A stretch of 17,475 bases of DNA, the filler included, from Candidatus Zapsychrus exili (lineage in GTDB: Bacteria; Omnitrophota; Gorgyraeia; Zapsychrales; Zapsychraceae): assembly GCA_030765585.1 (NCBI GenBank). It is 2 parts of 2 records of this genome, joined end to end, with 100 filler letters (N's around TTAATTAATTAA, not from the genome) between each part and the next. Parts side by side here need not be neighbours in the genome. Positions count along the whole stretch, not along the records: positions 1 to 12,492 come from JAVCCJ010000077.1; positions 12,593 to 17,475 come from JAVCCJ010000012.1. One strand, written 5' to 3'. Position 1 is the stretch's first letter. Each line of letters begins with the position of its first letter. The position numbers were made by a program, and so were the translations under genes. Of the stretch, positions 10,451-17,409 are shown piece after piece. Under the pieces are notes generated by a model. It had not been told where the DNA came from. It was given only the letters and a program-made list of their open reading frames with translations, and made no database searches.

Positions 10451-12492
10451 TTATTTCTTATTTGTAAGTTCCTTTGCTCCCATAATCTTCTCGGAAACAT
10501 ATTTAGGAACTTCTGCATAATATGATGGTTCCATTGAAAAAGATGCTCTACCTTGCGTTAAAGAACGCAAAGCATTAACATAATTAAACATCTCAGCTAA
10601 AGGAACATCACAACGTGCTGTTTTTAAATTTCCCCTACTACCATTCCAACTATTTGAGCTCTTCTTTGATTCAGATCCCCTAAAACTGTGCTCATAAAAT
10701 CTTCAGGAGAAGTTACTTCTATGTCCATAACAGGCTCAAGCAAAACAGATTTTCCTTTTCTCAATCCTTCTTTAAGCGCCATCTTAGCCGCTAATTGAAA
10801 TGCCAACTCGCTTGAATCTACTTCATGATATGAACCATCAACTAATGTTACAGTAAAATCAACAACAGGATAAGCAGCTAGTATACCATTATTTGCACCA
10901 TCCATGATACCCTTTTGAACGCACTTTATAAATTCACGAGGTATTGATCCACCCTTAATTCTATCAATAAATGTAACGCCTTTTCCTTTTTCTTCAGCTG
11001 GCTCTATATCAATAATGACGTGGCCATATTGACCCTTACCACCAGTTTGTGAAATGTACTTCCCTGATATACCTTTAACTTTTTCTGTAATAGTTTCCTT
11101 ATAAGCAACCTCTGGACGACCAACTGTAGTCTCTAAATTAAATTCTCTCTTCATACGATCAATAATAATCTCTAAATGAAGCTCTCCCATTCCAGATATA
11201 ATAGTCTGAGCTGTTTCATGATCATACATAACTTGCAAGGAAGGATCCTCATCTAAAAATTTTCTTAAAGTCAAACCTAACTTATCTTGATCAGCTTTTG
11301 TCTTAGGCTCTATAGACATAGAAACTACTGGCTCTGGTATCTTCATGTTTTCTAAAACAATTTTATTGTCAATATTACATATAGTGTTTCCAGATTTTGA
11401 TTCTTTTAATCCAACCAATGCAACAATTTCTCCAGCTGATGCTTTCTCAGCAATTTCTTGTTTATTAGAATGCATAACAACTATCTTCGCGATTCGTTCT
11501 TTTGCTTTTTCAGATGAATTATATACCTGTGTTCCCGATGTAATAGTTCCAGAATATATTCTTGTGTAGAATAATTTTCCAACATAAGGGTCAGTTGCTA
11601 CTTTAAATATTAATGCGCTTAGAGGAACATCTGGTTTTGGCTCCCAAGCTAAACTTTCTTTCGTTTTTGGATCTTCACCTTTAACCTGAGGAACTTCCAA
11701 AGGAGATGGAAGATAATCGCATATAGCATCTAGTACAAGTTGAACTCCTCTATTCCTTAAAGCTGTTCCTGTTAAAACTGGTAAAAATGCATTTTTAAGT
11801 ACGCTTCTTCTTATAGCTGCTTTAAGCTCGTCTTTTGTAATTTCTTGCTCTTCTAAAAATTTCTCCATTATACTATCGTCTGCATCAGCTAGCTTCTCTA
11901 TAAGTGTATGTTTGCATTCTTCTAATTTTTCTTTTAAATGTTCTGGTACTTCGCTTCTTTCTAAATCCATTCCTTCAGCATCTTTATATGTAATATATTC
12001 CTCGTTAACAACATCTACAATACCTTCACATTGATCTTCTGCCATATTTGGAAAATTAATTACCGCTGCATTAGCACCTAATCTATCATGTATTTCTCCT
12101 AAAACTCTTTCGTAACTTGCACCCAATCTATCAATTTTATTAATAAAACAAATACGAGGAACATTATATCTATCAGCTTGACGCCAAACAGTTTCAGTTT
12201 GAGATTGAACACCACTTGTTGCACACAATATAACTACAGCGCCATCAAGAACCTTAAGCGATCTTTCTACTTCAACTGTAAAATCAACGTGTCCTGGAGT
12301 ATCAATTATATTTATCTTCTTTTTTTGCCAGTAACATGTTGTATTAGCAGATGTAATTGTAATGCCTCTTTCCTGCTCTTGAGCCATCCAATCCATAGTT
12401 GCATTACCTTCATCAACTGTGCCCATTTTATGTATAACGCCTGTGTAAAACAAAATACGTTCTGTTGTAGTTGTTTTACCAGCATCAATATG
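10451..12492 (-). CDS. fusA: Elongation factor G, 5' truncated by the gap, with a 1-bp frameshift near 10641
   Basis: Frame is open to the gap ([18 protein letters not shown]), then [25 protein letters not shown]; after ...RRAQIVGM the EF-G C-terminus [38 protein letters not shown]...KK* continues in another frame to a stop at 10453-10451. Confidence 0.96.
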
Positions 12493-12592
12493 NNNNNNNN
12501 NNNNNNNNNNNNNNNNNNNNNNNNNNNNNNNNNNNNTTAATTAATTAANNNNNNNNNNNNNNNNNNNNNNNNNNNNNNNNNNNNNNNNNNNN
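12493..12592. other. Artificial assembly spacer (44 N + TTAATTAATTAA + 44 N)
   Basis: Exactly 100 bp and symmetric; central 12-mer at 12537-12548 places stop codons in all six frames. Confidence 0.97.
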
Positions 12593-12747
12593 AGGTTGGA
12601 TTTTATAACTCTAGTTATGATTTTAATGGACTTCAAATTGGGATTATAAATGAAGCTGATTGGTTAAACGGAGTGCAAATAGGTCTTATTAATGTTCACA
12701 AGAACGGCGAAAGAGACTTTTTTCCTATAGTTAATTTTTCATTTTAA
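12593..12747 (+). CDS. 3' end of a GxQIGxxN repeat protein (LA_2272-like surface repeat family), truncated by the gap
   Basis: Manual translation from 12595: VGFYNSSYDFNGLQIGIINEADWLNGVQIGLINVHKNGERDFFPIVNFSF*; repeated NG[LV]QIG[IL]IN and terminal FPIVNFSF; family assignment from recall. Confidence 0.75.
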
Positions 12748-12792
12748 TTTAAATGTATTATAGGTTTTTGTTGTCAGAGAGGATTATATTTT

Positions 12793-12999
12793 ATGGTTAA
12801 AAGGATAGAGGTTAATATTGTTGCAGGTAGAATTCTAGAATTATTGGAACACAACAAGGGACTTTTTGCGAAACAAATGGTATCTGAAGTTTTAAAAGAG
12901 CCAGAAGACTTGGTTTTAAAAGGAATAGAGTGTCTTGTAAAGAACGATTTAGTTGAAATTCAAAGAGAAGAAAATATATTGATAGAAAAAAATAATTAA
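12793..12999 (+). CDS. Small winged helix-turn-helix-like protein (DUF2582-like)
   Basis: 68 aa; AG-x-I-x-x-L-L start and L-x-x-GI-x-x-L-x-K-x-D-x-V pattern resembles DUF2582 by eye; RBS AGAGGA upstream. Confidence 0.55.
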   Translation: MVKRIEVNIVAGRILELLEHNKGLFAKQMVSEVLKEPEDLVLKGIECLVKNDLVEIQREENILIEKNN

Positions 13000-13089
13000 G
13001 TACAGGTGATTTTTTACAAAATTGCAGCTATCTTTTAATTTTAATAGGATTTTACTTTCTTTAGCTTATTTCTAGGTTTAATTCGTATC

Positions 13090-13117
13090 TTGAAATATAT
13101 CGAATTCTTGATAGAAT
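13090..13117 (+). promoter_or_regulatory. Candidate sigma70 promoter upstream of the cassette-like array
   Basis: TTGAAA (13090-13095), 16-nt spacer, TAGAAT (13112-13117) with extended -10 TG at 13109-13110. Confidence 0.45.
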
Positions 13118-13220
13118 ATTATCTTATTTAACGGAGATTGATACGTCTAAGTGGTTGCAACAAAGGTATAGAAAGTTTGCGTAAAAATGGAAGTGGAGTC
13201 TTTAAGTAGGGGGAGAATAA

Positions 13221-14294
13221 GTGGTTTCAGTGTGTGAGAATAAAAAGGGGAGATTTCTGCCTAAATCATTTGATGTTGCCCATAGGTTGTGTTTTGTGAT
13301 TCATGATGTTATGTGTCAAATAATCACGTCAGGAGAAGAGGGCAATTTCTTTACTACAACTATTGAGTTAAAAAATAAGAATGAACGAGAAGCGTTAAAT
13401 AATATAGATGATTTCTTTGCGTTGTTGGAAAGTGAGGAACGTTTTGAGGACAGGGCCGAGATTCTGAGAACGGTCGTTTTGCCTGCAGTCTTATCTGACA
13501 TGATGCATTGTATTTTTGAATCTTTAGAAAGCTCCCGAAAGGCTAAATTGGGTGTTTCCTACATGCTTATACGGAAACCATTACAGGAGAGTTTGTATTT
13601 ACTAGAGTCAGTTGTGCTGGATGAGTCGGATTTTGCAAAAAAATTAGTCGAAGACCCTTTAAAACTTCGTCCAAGCAATGCGGGTGGTGTTGAAGACCAT
13701 GGGCGACGAATTAAAAAGGTCCTAGAGATTATTAGTGAAACTCCTCGCCTTGATGCTGATTATATTGCACAGCTTAGATATGACAAAAAGAAGGAAGACA
13801 GTTTTGATGGAGCATGTAATCACGCAATGCATTTGTTTACGCAACATGAAGCTATTCGAACTGAAAACTTAAATATCAACTTTATCTTTTCTGGTTGGGA
13901 AGAAAAGATAACCCAATGGTCATATTTTTATAGTCGGTTACCATATTTGCTCTTTTATACCCATAAAATGGTCGAACATATCGTAGAAAGGATAGTTCCT
14001 ACGTCACAAGAATATCTTGATGATATTCAAAGAAGATTATCTGCGCTAATTATTTTATGGTGGGAAGGCATTGATGAGCAGTACACCTGTGATCAGCTAA
14101 TGATTTTTGTGAAAGAAACAGAATCTTGGCTAAAGAAACATTGCAAATCTGCTGGGCACAGAATCCCCAATAATAAAGATTTATGGAGAATGTCAAAAAC
14201 AGGTGCTTTTCCGAAAGAAAACATATTTTCAGTTAAGGCGCGTGCTCTAAAGTATGAAGCTCGTGCTGCTATAAACAAAATATATGCAAACTAA
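13221..14294 (+). CDS. Hypothetical 357-aa protein, possibly a divergent HEPN/DUF5677-like fold (cassette 1)
   Basis: GTG start after RBS GGGGAG; motifs LIRKPLQE and ACNHAMH parallel the R-x3-E and distal H pattern of DUF5677-like proteins; TAA stop lies in repeat 1. Confidence 0.7.
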   Translation: MVSVCENKKGRFLPKSFDVAHRLCFVIHDVMCQIITSGEEGNFFTTTIELKNKNEREALNNIDDFFALLESEERFEDRAEILRTVVLPAVLSDMMHCIFESLESSRKAKLGVSYMLIRKPLQESLYLLESVVLDESDFAKKLVEDPLKLRPSNAGGVEDHGRRIKKVLEIISETPRLDADYIAQLRYDKKKEDSFDGACNHAMHLFTQHEAIRTENLNINFIFSGWEEKITQWSYFYSRLPYLLFYTHKMVEHIVERIVPTSQEYLDDIQRRLSALIILWWEGIDEQYTCDQLMIFVKETESWLKKHCKSAGHRIPNNKDLWRMSKTGAFPKENIFSVKARALKYEARAAINKIYAN

Positions 14295-14312
14295 ACGTTA
14301 ATTATGGTAAGT
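14289..14312 (+). repeat. Inter-gene direct repeat 1 (dif/Xer-like site)
   Basis: AACTAA-ACGTTAA-TTATGGTAAGT. Confidence 0.85.
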
Positions 14313-14326
14313 AGGAGATAATAAAT

Positions 14327-14629
14327 ATGCAAGCAAATGAAAGATCGCTAGAGATATTAAACTTATTTGGTAAATATATTCAAGATGGAGATGAGTCTAC
14401 TGTTAAAGGCATTTCGGAAAAAGAACTAGAGATTACTTTGATACAATGTCTTCAAGATAAAGAATCTTCTCAATACGAAGCTATGGAAAGATGGTTGGAT
14501 AAGTTAACAAATAATAAGAAAGAGAACCAAAGAAAAAATGAAAAAGTAGAAGAAAGAATTTGGAATTTAATTTTCTTAATCGTAGGAGTTTTGATTACTT
14601 ACATCAGTACTTCGTTAATAGTAAAATAA
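14327..14629 (+). CDS. Hypothetical 100-aa protein with a C-terminal transmembrane helix (cassette 2)
   Basis: RBS AGGAG at 14313-14317; C-terminal IWNLIFLIVGVLITYISTSLIV hydrophobic stretch. Confidence 0.75.
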   Translation: MQANERSLEILNLFGKYIQDGDESTVKGISEKELEITLIQCLQDKESSQYEAMERWLDKLTNNKKENQRKNEKVEERIWNLIFLIVGVLITYISTSLIVK

Positions 14630-14714
14630 ATAAGCTAATAAGAAAATTGAAGGATGGCAGCAAAAGACATTTGGCGATCGATTTCTTATTATGGCTCCAA
14701 GAGAAAACAAAAAA

Positions 14715-14738
14715 AATTAATCGTTAATTATGATAAGT
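14715..14738 (+). repeat. Inter-gene direct repeat 2 (dif/Xer-like site)
   Basis: AATTAA-TCGTTAA-TTATGATAAGT, identical to repeat 3 over 24 bp. Confidence 0.9.
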
Positions 14739-14765
14739 CAGAATAAATTTTAAGAAGGTCTTTCA

Positions 14766-15551
14766 ATGAATACAGATCAATCATATTTACAAAGATATAA
14801 AAAATTTTTACGAGAATATGCGAGCAGACACTACTATTTAATTATTAACAGAAGAATAAAGGGTGAAAGATTATTAGGACAACGTAGCATTAATTTGCTT
14901 CTGCATATTCTTCAAAGATCACGTTATTTGTCCGAATCGCTCGCAATGTGTTTTAATCATAAACATCAATCGGTCGCATATTTGGCCGTTAGAGCGCACT
15001 TTGAAGTAACAGGCATGCTGGTATATTTTTATAATAAAATAAAAAGATTTTATGAAAAAGACATTACATATGAAGAAATGGATGTAGTTCTTCGTCGTTT
15101 AACATTAGGGGGCAGAGCTTCGGCGCAAAAACTTTTACCAAGTTTTTCTAAGGCTATTAGTGTTATGGATTTCATTGATGAAGCAGATCGATTATTTAAT
15201 TCTATGGCCAAAGAAAAGAAAGATATTTATCGTGATCGTTATGATTATTTGTCTGAATTTTGCCATCCCAATAATTTTGGTTTAACTCTTGGGTGTAATA
15301 TTGTCGGATGGAATGGACGTACTTTTGCAAAAACTCAAGTTCTTGAGAAAAGAGATAAAAAAGAGCTTATTCGTGATTTTAATATTAGTTCAATTCTTTT
15401 TTTCTCGATATATGATAAATGTTTTGAGATTATAAAAGAAAGAGAATCAAAAGATATGCCATTATTATTTAAAAGTTTCACTGCTTTTAATTGGGCTCTT
15501 ATAAAATTTAAGCTGGGAGCAAAAGATAAAGCATTTGAACGCGCTAATTAA
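14766..15551 (+). CDS. DUF5677-like / HEPN-like hypothetical protein (cassette 3)
   Basis: 261 aa; AYLAVRAHFE and YDYLSEFCHPN match the R-x3-E ... Y-x2-LS-x3-HP pattern recalled for this family; TAA stop lies in repeat 3. Confidence 0.7.
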   Translation: MNTDQSYLQRYKKFLREYASRHYYLIINRRIKGERLLGQRSINLLLHILQRSRYLSESLAMCFNHKHQSVAYLAVRAHFEVTGMLVYFYNKIKRFYEKDITYEEMDVVLRRLTLGGRASAQKLLPSFSKAISVMDFIDEADRLFNSMAKEKKDIYRDRYDYLSEFCHPNNFGLTLGCNIVGWNGRTFAKTQVLEKRDKKELIRDFNISSILFFSIYDKCFEIIKERESKDMPLLFKSFTAFNWALIKFKLGAKDKAFERAN

Positions 15552-15569
15552 TCGTTAATTATGATAAGT
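15546..15569 (+). repeat. Inter-gene direct repeat 3 (dif/Xer-like site)
   Basis: AATTAA-TCGTTAA-TTATGATAAGT; 15543-15573 matches 17316-17346 at 30 of 31 positions. Confidence 0.9.
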
Positions 15570-15591
15570 AGAAAAATGATGCGAGGAATAT

Positions 15592-16197
15592 ATGAAAAAA
15601 AATGAAACTGTCGTTCGTGGAGCGCCAAAGCTTGTTGGCAGAAATCTTTCGCCCGAAGAAAGAGAGGCACGAGCTGCAAAAGAAAGAGCCGAGACCGCTG
15701 AAACAGGGCTCCTTTTCAATTTGAAACGTTTTGCTGTGTGTTTAAGTCAAGGAAACACGACGATGTATTTTGACAAGATTACAACAGCTACAATTTCTGA
15801 GCTAGTAAGGTTTAAAAAGGTAATTAGACAATATAAAAAGGATCTAGCTAAAGTTACTTTTTCAAATTCCCGACTTACAATATACGATATTCTAAAAGCG
15901 GCGATAAATCATGAGCTATTAAGACGAAAATCAATACTTTTTAAAATTTACTCTTTGCTGTTACCGCTTCGGAAAGTAATAGCTTGGCAAGTTGGTCATA
16001 GAAAAAGTCATTATTATAAAGAATTTGGCATAATATTTGTTTATAAGTATACTCATAATTTCTTTTATGCTCCAATAAGCAAACACGTTAAAGCTTTATG
16101 GCGATTTTGGCTGTTACATTGGAAATGGCTCTTACAATCTTCCGGTGGTATAGGTCTTGGTTATCTGTTATTAAAATTATATCGTTATTTAAATTAA
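15592..16197 (+). CDS. Hypothetical basic 201-aa protein with Trp-rich hydrophobic C-terminus (cassette 4)
   Basis: RBS GAGGA upstream; C-terminal LWRFWLLHWKWLLQSSGGIGLGYLLLKLY; TAA stop lies in repeat 4. Confidence 0.65.
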   Translation: MKKNETVVRGAPKLVGRNLSPEEREARAAKERAETAETGLLFNLKRFAVCLSQGNTTMYFDKITTATISELVRFKKVIRQYKKDLAKVTFSNSRLTIYDILKAAINHELLRRKSILFKIYSLLLPLRKVIAWQVGHRKSHYYKEFGIIFVYKYTHNFFYAPISKHVKALWRFWLLHWKWLLQSSGGIGLGYLLLKLYRYLN

Positions 16198-16215
16198 ACA
16201 TTAATTATAATAAGG
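16192..16215 (+). repeat. Inter-gene direct repeat 4 (most divergent copy)
   Basis: AATTAA-ACATTAA-TTATAATAAGG; three differences from repeat 5, same position relative to stop and next start. Confidence 0.75.
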
Positions 16216-16229
16216 AAGAAAGGAAGAGA

Positions 16230-16703
16230 ATGATAAAGAAATTATTAAACCCAATTATAGTATCATGGATTGCTATTTGTATATCTGTTTTTAGTGTTTG
16301 GTTCTCAATACGTAATGCAAACACTAATCGTATAATGCATCTCAATAATATCCGAGGGGAAATAGTGACTCAATTAACTATTGTAGGTTTAGAATTACTA
16401 TCTAATATTAAATCTCTATTAAAATATAGCAACCCAGATTTAGATACTATCGAAATCCTTAAAGAATTAGCTGAAGATATAGTAAAAATACGAAATAATT
16501 TCAAGCTGGAGGCATTTGGCTCTCCGTCTTTAAAAGTTATTGATAAGTACGCCAAAGATCTTTCAGCAATAAAAATAGATTGGGATGATTCTATACATAT
16601 TTTTGAAAAACTTACACAGGCTGTAAACGCAAAAGATATGGAAAGCGTAAAACAATGCACTAAAGGTCTACACGAAAGATTCCACGGCACAAAAACACCA
16701 TGA
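16230..16703 (+). CDS. Hypothetical 157-aa protein with an N-terminal transmembrane helix (cassette 5, gene 1)
   Basis: Start reassigned from 16098 to the in-frame ATG at 16230 (RBS-like AAGGAAG, removes a 100-bp overlap); IIVSWIAICISVFSVWFSI is hydrophobic. Confidence 0.7.
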   Translation: MIKKLLNPIIVSWIAICISVFSVWFSIRNANTNRIMHLNNIRGEIVTQLTIVGLELLSNIKSLLKYSNPDLDTIEILKELAEDIVKIRNNFKLEAFGSPSLKVIDKYAKDLSAIKIDWDDSIHIFEKLTQAVNAKDMESVKQCTKGLHERFHGTKTP

Positions 16704-17305
16704 AAGAAATCAAACTTCCAGCTAGATACATAATTCGAGCTTCTTTGCCTATTCATTTTGACAACAAAGAATCTGAACAAGTAGGAAACATAAAAGCTGC
16801 CCATATTAGCACATTCAAAGTTAACAAAGAAGAATATGACATTGTTCAGAAGAATGGGGCACAAGTTATATCCAGCACTATTTATATTGAATCCCTGATC
16901 GAGGATATTTTGTCAATTTACTTATTTGAAGATAAAAAAGAGAATAATAGCAAGAGGTCTTTTTTTGATAATGAAATATTAAAATCTGACAACTTATCAT
17001 TCTCTGCCAAAAAAGAATTATTACAAAAACTTTTAAATAGCCTTGTTTTTTTAAAAGGCAAAGAAAAAGATCTTTTACAAAAGAATTTTAAAAATATTTT
17101 AAATATACGCAATGCTTTTGCACATGGAAAACTTGTAGACGATACGAACAAAGATTGGCAAATTCAATATTATTCAGGAAGCAAAAAAAACATCTCCTTA
17201 GACGACATATACTGGCAAGAACTAGAAGATTGTTTTAACCAAACCGACACATTGCTTAAAGACATAAAAGATAAACTAGTCAAAAAGTTTACACCCTCAA
17301 GTTAG
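16700..17305 (+). CDS. HEPN-domain protein, putative RNase (cassette 5, gene 2)
   Basis: IRNAFAHG has the HEPN Rx4H motif, with upstream IESLIEDIL and LSFSAK typical of MtlR-like HEPN folds; ATGA overlap with the previous gene. Confidence 0.75.
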   Translation: MKEIKLPARYIIRASLPIHFDNKESEQVGNIKAAHISTFKVNKEEYDIVQKNGAQVISSTIYIESLIEDILSIYLFEDKKENNSKRSFFDNEILKSDNLSFSAKKELLQKLLNSLVFLKGKEKDLLQKNFKNILNIRNAFAHGKLVDDTNKDWQIQYYSGSKKNISLDDIYWQELEDCFNQTDTLLKDIKDKLVKKFTPSS

Positions 17306-17318
17306 CATAAGATGAGCT

Positions 17319-17342
17319 AATTAAACGTTAATTATGATAAGT
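17319..17342 (+). repeat. Inter-gene direct repeat 5 (dif/Xer-like site)
   Basis: AATTAA-ACGTTAA-TTATGATAAGT. Confidence 0.9.
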
Positions 17343-17343
17343 A

Positions 17344-17383
17344 GAACTAACTATTGATAAAATATGTTATCAATAGTTTGTTC
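17344..17383. repeat. 40-bp near-perfect palindrome between repeat 5 and the patatin gene
   Basis: GAACTAACTATTGATAA-AATATG-TTATCAATAGTTTGTTC: 17-bp arms with one mismatch, inner 12 bp perfect, 6-bp centre. Confidence 0.85.
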
Positions 17384-17409
17384 AAAAAATATACGAAAAA
17401 TAAATTCAT

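Noticed and set aside
10439..10463. ATTTCTT tandem repeat (about 3.5 copies) at the fusA stop
   Set aside because: Short low-complexity repeat in AT-rich DNA with no evidence of function.
1050..12540. Plus-strand and alternate-frame ORFs over the ribosomal genes, tuf and fusA (e.g. 1050..1376, 3916..4272, 5769..6146, 12178..12540)
   Set aside because: Shadow ORFs of well-conserved genes with no recognisable motifs; the Phe/Leu-rich 1050..1376 simply mirrors the Glu/Lys repeat.
12537..12548. TTAATTAATTAA as a biological motif, or the array repeats as linker contamination
   Set aside because: The 12-mer sits centrally in a 100-bp N spacer and is synthetic; the array repeats lack Ns, vary between copies and carry extra conserved sequence (CGTT, TGATAAGT).
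16181..16199. Degenerate extra motif copy ATCGTTATTTAAATTAAAC overlapping repeat 4 (and TCGTTAAT near 14612)
   Set aside because: Partial matches lacking the conserved right arm, inside coding sequence, and plausible by chance at this AT content.
16098..16229. N-terminal 44 codons of the 16098..16703 ORF
   Set aside because: They overlap the previous gene by 100 bp and run through repeat 4; the ATG at 16230 with an RBS-like sequence fits the array pattern better.
13316..17151. Minus-strand ORFs in the array (13316..13501, 14093..14278, 16370..16864, 16918..17151)
   Set aside because: Fully antisense to better-supported plus-strand genes, with no motifs or RBS evidence.
14289..17342. Repeats as a CRISPR array
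   Set aside because: Intervals are 0.4-1.1 kb and contain whole genes; no cas genes are visible.
14289..17342. Repeats as canonical integron attC sites
   Set aside because: Only about 24-31 bp are conserved, there is no long hairpin with R/L boxes, and GTTAATT does not fit GTTRRRY.
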